A stretch of 64,000 nucleotides of DNA from Alloascoidea hylecoeti (lineage: Eukaryota): assembly GCA_001600815.1 (NCBI GenBank), contig BCKZ01000018.1, forward strand, positions 277,974 through 341,973, given 5' to 3'. The position numbers and the translations under genes are program-made. The notes under the pieces were generated by a model. The model made no database searches. It had not been told where the DNA came from and worked only from the letters and a program-made list of their open reading frames with translations. Every line of letters begins with the position of its first letter. Within the stretch, counting starts at the first letter, position 1. Below are positions 56,105 through 64,000 of this stretch, piece by piece.

Positions 56105-56570
56105 ATGACTTCTAGAATTCCATTACATGAGATCTAAAGTATTCTTGATTATAAAAAGCATTTTCTATCAAGCTAAGCGAATTAAAATTTCCAATATGAG
56201 TGAAAATGACTTCTCAATTGCTGAAATAAGAACTGCAGCTTCAACTATCCGATGCCCCGTAAATAGACATAGGCACAGCTCTAGTGTAACACCAAGCCTT
56301 TAACCTTTAAATCAAAGATTATTTATAGTATATGGAAGTCTGAGTATGTGAATCTTATGGTATGGGCTGAAATTTGGAAAGGATATGCCGTGGTTTATAA
56401 AACTTATACGTAGAGTTGTTACAATTGGGATTCCTAATAGCAGGAAAAAGGAGCCACCGAACGTTCATACATATAACTTTTCTAATAGGCTTCTGGTGAG
56501 GCTTATGAGGATGGCATACTCAAGCTGAACAACATAACTATTCATAAAGCTAAAATCACCTGTGGAACCT
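56105..56570 (+). mobile_element. Tc1/mariner transposase relic, family A, inverted relative to the 50 kb copy
   Basis: Shares ATGACTTCTAGAATTC, GCTAAGCGAATTAAAATTT, TCAATTGCTGAAATAAG and TTCCTAATAGCA..AAAAAGGAGCCACCG with the reverse complement of 50260-50711; encodes LMVWAEIWKG. Confidence 0.85.
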
Positions 56571-58264
56571 CCTTAAAAAATTCATCACAAGGCTGGAATG
56601 GTGATTATGAGTCTTCCAAACGGTGTAGATAGACAATAAGATCTTTTTTTTTTTCAAAAAGTATTTTTAAGAACAGTTTAAGGCTTTTTGAAATATTGAA
56701 TGGCTGGCAATAATATATATTGCCATTTTTTGGAGTAGTGTTATAAGAACTGAAAGTAAGAAATATAATTATGCATCTATGCATATTGTTATTGCATGAA
56801 TATCGTAAATTTGTAGCAGAGTGGTAAATTAGGAATGTCGATCCTTTTAGTTGATAGCCGAACATCTGAGATATGTTAATATATCAGTGGAAGTTTAATA
56901 ATTTATGAGATATGAAGAGAGTAGAGCCTATAGCAGTGGAAGAAAATATGAGCTAAGGATGTGGGACTAGTTATGATGACACTCGATAGGTTACTTCTTG
57001 TAAAATACCAAACTGTGTTATATGTCTGGAAATAAACCTCCTTTGGTGTTGGTGACTACTCGTTCTTGTGGAATCCTATCAATTTAATATTAATTTAAGT
57101 TTGAACAGTAGCTATTAAAAGGTTTCCTAACCGGAGGATATTTAGAACCTATATGTGTGAATTGAATTACAAGAATAACCTCTAAAGGAAGAAAAACACT
57201 AGGATATTGAAAGCTATTCGACCATTCAGAGAGATAGAACTATGAATGTATGTATCATAGCAAATCAATGCTGTTGATGGGGAGTGGGTGAGCATATGTT
57301 ACATTTTCTTGCCATACATTTTCATTAGCAATAACCTGACATTAAAAATCTTCAGCAAAACGTCCTCATTCTGATATATAGAAGGAGAAAATATCGTTAA
57401 CCAGATTCATTTCCCAATACTATGATTTATTCTGAGATGTGACGAAAGATCCATTTTCTGGTATATAAGAGAACAATTGGAAAATTGGAAATTATTAATT
57501 ACAGATACCTATAGTAAGTTGAGGTTTAAATCCAGCTACAACAACTACAATTTCAAATTCATTTTAAATACAATCACAAATTAAAATTCAAAATATATGA
57601 ATATGAATATTAAACAAAATGGAAGTATATATATATAATACAGCATTTAATGAAGGTTAAATAAGAACTGCTTGAAGCTGTAATTGAATAATTAGAAGAG
57701 ATGCTTTTGATACATGTTGTTGTATAAAATACACAACAGTGGAAAACGATTTATCAAATATACACTAGTACTGTTAATTTATTTCTATTTGTCTTATATT
57801 TATATTTATATTTGTCTTTTTAGTTGTTTATTAGGAATAATTGCTTTTTTTCATTTATATTTTAAAGCTTTCGAGTAACTACCCTAGCTAAGCCTTATTA
57901 CTATGCATATGCATATGTATTTATGTATTTCATGATTATCCTATTGTTTCATGAATATACCATGTCATCAGATTAACAGTGCCGGCTATCTGATTTTAAT
58001 TTCCTATAACTGCATAGCTTTTAAAAACTTGTTTAATGCTTTAAGTCGCAAGTTCTATTTATAATGTTCCATCGATCGTAGGCTTGAACCTGTCAAGCAT
58101 ATGTATATGTATTACAACTCTGACATAAACCTTGCCATTGTGTGATATATCAATTTATGTAATGAAAAATCAATCACCAGCTAAAAATTTATTAGAATTA
58201 GGGATCTTAGTGAATAGTAACCCATAACCATTCATAACCGTCCATAACCGCCGGAGCGTAGATG

Positions 58265-58417
58265 CACCATTAAAAACACAAAAACTAGAACAATTTTTAA
58301 AATTTATAAAAACCAACAGATCCTCATGTATCTCATTAAAGATATATGCATTTTATATAGACAATAAATAATTTTGTTAAATTTTAAAAATGTTCCAGTT
58401 TTGTGTTTTTCATGGTG
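58265..58417. mobile_element. MITE-like element with about 40-bp imperfect terminal inverted repeats
   Basis: CACCATTAAAAACACAAAAACTAGAACAATTTTTAAAATTT at left pairs with AAATTTTAAAAATGTTCCAGTTTTGTGTTTTTCATGGTG at right; flanked by TG (left) and TA (right). Confidence 0.65.
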
Positions 58418-58954
58418 TATACAGTTGGTAACTAAACTGTAGCTACAAAAAAAAAACTTATAAACTTATCATAAAATTTTTAGAAGCGCTTGTATAAATA
58501 CTGGTATATGTTTTGATCACGATTTTCAGGTATTAGAATCATCTCAATTGCAATGTGGTAATGTACTAAGTGCATTATATATATAGTAACTTAGTATATT
58601 TTCTCTGGTAGAGGTGTGAAGAGTTATCCATAAACGGATGGTGCATATGGTTGGTTGCAATGGTTAGCATTAATACTGCAATTGGTTAAGACATGGTTAC
58701 ACGACAGATGTTAGCCATCAACCGCTACAATTTAACGAAAATTAGCGGGAAAGATTTATAATAATTTTATTCAAGTACTACAGCTGTGTATAAGTTTATA
58801 GGGCAATTGTATCAGAAGAAAACTTAAGGTTGTTACAAAAAATTCACAAGTAAAAAATTCACAAGTAAAAAATGATACAAATTATTAATGATAATATTAA
58901 TTATAATTCTGAAATCAGAAAAAGATACTAATACAACATTTAACATATGCATCA

Positions 58955-61900
58955 TTACCTTCTAAACCTGAATTTGACTTCTTCTTCGTCATCATCATCA
59001 TCATCATCATCATCGTTATCTTCATCATCTTCATCATCTTCATCATCTTCATTAGCACTAAACGTAGCTTTCTTTCGAGATGAATTTCTATTAAAACTGT
59101 TAGTATTAGAAGAAACGATTGAATCTGCCTTTCCAAAACTTTTGGTGAGCTCCCCTTCATCGATTTCTAATATATCATCTATATCATCACTAGCATAAAT
59201 TTGTTTATCATGATAATCAAATTCATTCATTGTATTGGGAACATCAAACTCATCATCGTTATTATCCATACCCTCTTCATCTTTATCCGGATCACTAATA
59301 AATAAAGCTGAATTAGTATTTACATTTTTATTTGTTTGGATATTTTGTTTTAGTGTTTCTTTCCTTTTAACTTTAGATCTTTTTAGGTTTTGTTGTTCTG
59401 TTGTCATATTATTTGAAATCTGCGGTCTAGTTTGATTTTTACTCCTTAGACTTCGTGTCTTAGCATTATTTCTCGGTTGGGTTGTAAATTGAAAGGAGTC
59501 TGCTTCATTTGCTAATGCAGCTGGTTCATCAATATCGACATATGTTTCTGAAATTGGTTCTAAATATTTAATGTTAGTATCGTACAACCCTATATTTCTT
59601 TCGTAAAATTGACTTACCTGGGACAACTTTGGATAGCACTTGTGTATTCTCAGAGACAAGCTCAACATAAATCTTACTTGCTGTATAAGTATCTCTTCTA
59701 GACACCTTTGCGCCCCCAGTTCCTCTTTCAATCTATGTGACAGATATATTTTAGTTAGTTCATTAATTTCGTTGTATCTCAATAGACTCCATACCCTTCT
59801 AAACCCTTTAAAATTCTTCCTTCCACGCCATTCAGGATTTAAGCTAACTGATACTGTAACTTCAACAGGTCTTTTTGTCCTCATTATCGAGGTAGAATCT
59901 TCAGTTACGACCAAGTCACGTAATTTTGATACCCAATCCTCCTCTTTTTCATTATCCTCATCATCCGAACCTCTACCTAAATCAACATCAACTTGGTGTT
60001 TTTGTTTATCTTTTGTTTGCTTAATAATATCTATCGCTAAGATTTTTTCTTTCTTTTTATCTTTTGATTTAGTATTTGGTTTTATTGTCGGAGTTGCTGT
60101 AACTTCTACTTCCACTGGGTCATTATTTATTTTTGGTTTCTTGGCTCTTATAGATATTTCTTCCGATGCTAATCGTTTCTTTCGTAGTCTTTCTGCTGTA
60201 GGAGCATAGCTTTCTTCTTCATTCACATCATCATCAAATACAACTATACTTGCATCATTTCCTTGAATTTCATTTACTTCATTAGAAGTTTTGGGTATTG
60301 GTGATGAGTTTTCAGGAGCTTCTAATACAGCTTCAAATTTAACAATATTTCTTCTTTTTCTTGAAGATCTTGCCAATGAAGGTGGTTGTGTATTATTTAA
60401 TGAATCCTGTTGTTGGTCAATACATGGTTCTAATTCACTTTGTTTCGTGAATGATGAAACGTTTTGATTTGGTAATAAGGAAGCTTCATTAGAATCAGGA
60501 ACTATTGACATTGATCCATTATAAGAAGCTTCATTCTGATTGCTATTCTCAATGGATATTTGAGATTGAACAGAAAATATGTCATCAATTGTAACTTTTC
60601 TAATATTACCTCTTCTTTTCCTTCTTTTCGTAGTATCATTATTAATATCATTGTTATTTTCAAGTGAATGAGATTTTGATGTACTAGGTATTTCCTTTCT
60701 TTTCTTTGGTAATATTTCAGATCTATGAGACACCGATGGTGGTCTTATTCTTTGTATGTGTGAATTATCACACATTGTTATAGCAGTTGCAAAATCACTT
60801 TGACTTGTTAATTCAATACCAAGAACTTTAGAAGCTTCTTCCATTATAATTAATATTTGCATATGATCAGTTTTTGTCTCTCCACGGAGATTATTTATTG
60901 TGTTATTTTTTAGAACAGGTTCGACTAAAATAACATTACCGATATCATCATGATTTGAATTATTTTTAATGAATTCAATTAATGATTCCATAGGGTGAAC
61001 AATTTTTTTAGAATTACCGTTTCTTTCAATTATATTAAAATTAAGAATTTTCCCTTCAGCTTCTTTAATGACGTTAATTAATTCAACTTGATTTAATCCA
61101 TCACAAAATATAAATATGAACCCATTAAAAAGAGACTTTCTTTCATCCATTAATTTTAATGATTGATGAGGTACAAATTTATTTGAAATTGGGAAATTAC
61201 TTTCAAAATCACTCTTTTCAATTAAAAATGAAACCCGTTCTAATTCCTTTATAAAATCAATTGAAATAATCGGGACGCGATGTATTAAAGCAGTAAGTAG
61301 TTTAGTTGACGACTTTTCACCTTCAGTTAGAAAATGTGTTGTTTGAGGATATAAAGATTGAATTAATTTAACATCAAAAATTTTTAATCTTTGTGAAATT
61401 TCTTGAATATTTGGGAAATCAGTTGAATGTGTTATTGCAATAAGATGCCATTCGAGAATAAATACAGAATCATCATTATTTAAACTACCTAGAACCAACT
61501 TGACAATATTCTTTGTTGATGATACAGTCTCTTTAGTGATTGGAGTCTCATCGCAAAGAGTTCCAAATTTTGAAGAGTCGGCGATCGTAATGGGAGATAC
61601 GCTATTTATATTTGACTTTTCTATTTGTTAGAAGAAGGAATAAGCTCAAAAAAGAAGCGGAGAAAAAGGAAAACATACGGTTTCAACTGAATCCTTATCG
61701 ATATATAAAGAAACATGTTGCCGTGATATCGACTTTGAATCTGGAATGACAATATCACCTGTATAAAAATTAGATATTTAAACCTTCGTGTATTAGGTAT
61801 AAATACTATGCTTACAAGGAACTTTTCTCCCAATTTTATATGTTTTTCCAGGTTTTAACCACAATTTTTTACCTATCAATTAGAATTAGATATAGAACTA

Positions 61901-61972
61901 TCAAACCGAAGGTATATCATTAAAAGATTTCGTACCTTTCAGAACCCGACCTGGTGAAGATATTAACCACAT
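58955..61972 (-). CDS. NBS1: Nbs1/Xrs2 (MRN complex), 6 exons
   Basis: Spliced N-terminus MWLI..LKPGKTYKIGR..SISRQH..DSSKFGT (FHA), BRCT (THFLT..KLLTALIHRVPIISIDFI), Mre11-binding KNFKGFRR, acidic tail ending KFRFRR (Tel1/ATM-binding). Intron 3 needs the AAG acceptor 5 nt past the first TAG. Confidence 0.92.
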
Positions 61973-62043
61973 ACTGGGGAAGGTTAGCGTTGAACACAAA
62001 CAAATACGAGTTGAACATCCATTCAACTTAACATCAATTCAAA

Positions 62044-63438
62044 ATGTCTTTACCAAAATTATTGACTCAAATTTTGAAGAAACATCTCCATGAAATGTAT
62101 ACAAATTTGAATAGAAAATTGCTTCTAGTCTGATAATCCCTAACTTTTTTTTTCTTTTTTTTCTTTTTTTTTTTGAACCTTCCAGTGATTCCTTTGAAAT
62201 AATCAAATCTAGTCCTAGCTTTGAAGATTTAAAATTACCACAAGAACTAAATTATTCACCATTTATATTCATACCGGATGAACATTTACTAGCTATAAAC
62301 AAAAGAAATCTTATAGAATTGTTTGTTGAATCAAGATCACAGTTTTGGGAATGTGCTGATAAACCAATTGATACATGTAAGAACATCTTAAATAGTGCTA
62401 CTATAGGGTTATTGGTATCTTCTACCGAATTCACAACAATAATTAATGCTAGGTATGTTATTACTTTTCTACATTGATCATTCTTGAAACAATTATTAAT
62501 CTTTGTCAAATAGGGCCTCTTTTATACTGCAAAATGAACTTGAGGAATTGTTATGGGATCTTCAATTCATTAATATTGTTGTGCATTCAAGAAATAATAA
62601 GTTTAACAAATCACCATTATTATTTGAATATAAGAAAAGAATTACAAGTAAAATCCTTGAGATTTATATGGAGTCTTCGTATTCTTCTTCTATAAATTTT
62701 AATACGTCAAAATTTGATATATTTAACTTTTTCATCATAGAAGTAGAAAATACACTTAAATCTGCTTCTAAGCATATTCATAATTATTATTGTTGGACGT
62801 ATTTAAGATATTTAGTTTCAACTATATTATCTTTTTATAGCTGGCTTGATTATGATAAGGAGAAATTTCCATTAAAAGAAATAAAATTACACTGGAATAA
62901 AATTAAAAAACCTATTGAAAACTGGTGTTTTCCAATAAATGAGAAAATAAAAAGAGATATTTCTGCGCAATCATTCTTTCTTGATTTTATATTATTTAAA
63001 CCATCTAAGAATATAATTAATTCTTTTTCAAAGTTATCATTTACTGATAAAAATAATAATAAAAAAAATATTATTATATCAGATCTTTTAAATGAGTTAT
63101 ACTATTCACAACAAGAAGTTTATGATTATTTATTAAATCTATGGGAAAAATATAATCAATTAATTGATATTGGTGTTGATATTAATAAATCAGAATCTGC
63201 TTTATTTCTTTTCAAAATTGCAATTGTTAAGCTTTATGTCAATGATTATAAAAAGGTTCTAGAGTTATTAAACCTAATTGCTTCCTCGTTTAATATTTCA
63301 GTTAATTGGTATAATAATAATATTGTTATAAATACCGAAAATAATTGTTCTATTGATAAACAGGATATTGGATATAAATCTGTTCTTTGGATTATTAAAA
63401 GAATTAACCACGCAAATTCCGGTCTAGGCTTGAAATGA
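62044..63438 (+). CDS. ECM9: Prenyltransferase alpha-subunit repeat protein (Ecm9/PTAR1), 3 exons (62044-62096, 62186-62452, 62514-63438)
   Basis: In-frame splicing gives ATIGLLVSSTEFTTIINAR, KFNKSPLLFEYKK, SASKHIHNYYCWTYLR, RDISAQSF. Confidence 0.75.
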
Positions 63439-64000
63439 TATAAAGATATAGAATTTCTTCGCTAACCTCGAACTCCTCATATGGAGTTTATAATTTTAAT
63501 AAATTTTTAGCTGTTGTTTGATTTTTTTTATCATACAGTAGTAATTTTACTTAAATTCGGTCATAGTATGTAATAGTAGTCGGTCAATTTGATAAACAAT
63601 GATCGGACATATTTTGCACTTAATATCACCCAATTTTTATTTACGTAGTTTGACACGTAATGCTCCGATGTTTACAGTTGCAATTGGGCTATTTACTATT
63701 ATATATGAATTTAGTTAACCAAATGGCCGAAATTAAGTTAACATCATAAATTTTAAAGTTTATGTTATCTACTTGAGCTTGAACTATTAATCGAGTTTCT
63801 TTAAAAAAATAACTATGTATCCACAGTTATAGATACCTAATAACATGATAATAAAGGTTATTGTAAGTTTTGAACAGTAATAAAACAATGGGATAATCAT
63901 GAAATATATACTAATAAAAAGCTTATGATAGTTTAGTTTTATAATATAAATGAAAAAAAAAAATTATTTTTGCAAATAAAAACGAAGATAAATATAAATA

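Noticed and set aside
56605..56865. ORF with faint resemblance to a Ty1/copia post-integrase segment (FGY..FLIY)
   Set aside because: Too short, with no other retrotransposon motifs or LTR.
59640..60209. Long antisense ORFs over NBS1 (also over MAK21, RAD61, AXL2)
   Set aside because: Shadow frames of low-complexity coding sequence.

Overview
AT-rich, intron-containing fungal DNA from a budding yeast (Saccharomycotina), probably an early-diverging lineage since it keeps METTL16 and has about 24 short introns in this window. It holds about 22 protein-coding genes, mostly conserved: AXL2 (5'-truncated), a MetR/Met4-type bZIP, MIX14, a histidine phosphatase, RPS21, KCS1, TRM2, RHO4, RAD61/WAPL, PSF1, METTL16, a questin-oxidase-like gene, DBP7, RPC37, GCN3, a PPR-like gene, MAK21, UBP9/13, FRQ1, COQ7, a GRE2-like reductase, NBS1/XRS2 and ECM9. 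Several spliced genes or exons are missed by the ORF track. The standout is an intronless 1408-aa NLR-like gene (HeLo-like N-terminus, NB-ARC-type STAND NTPase, TPR repeats) at 30687-34913; this immune-receptor class is well known in filamentous fungi and generally described as absent from budding yeasts. Other points: a Rho4 with G12/Q61-equivalent substitutions, an orphan with a RAD51AP1-like C-terminal motif next to RAD61, a gene-poor 47-59 kb zone with four Tc1/mariner relics and a MITE around the GRE2-like gene, and a sharp GC peak flanked by very AT-rich coding DNA at MAK21/UBP9. All family assignments are from motif recognition by eye; no searches were run.
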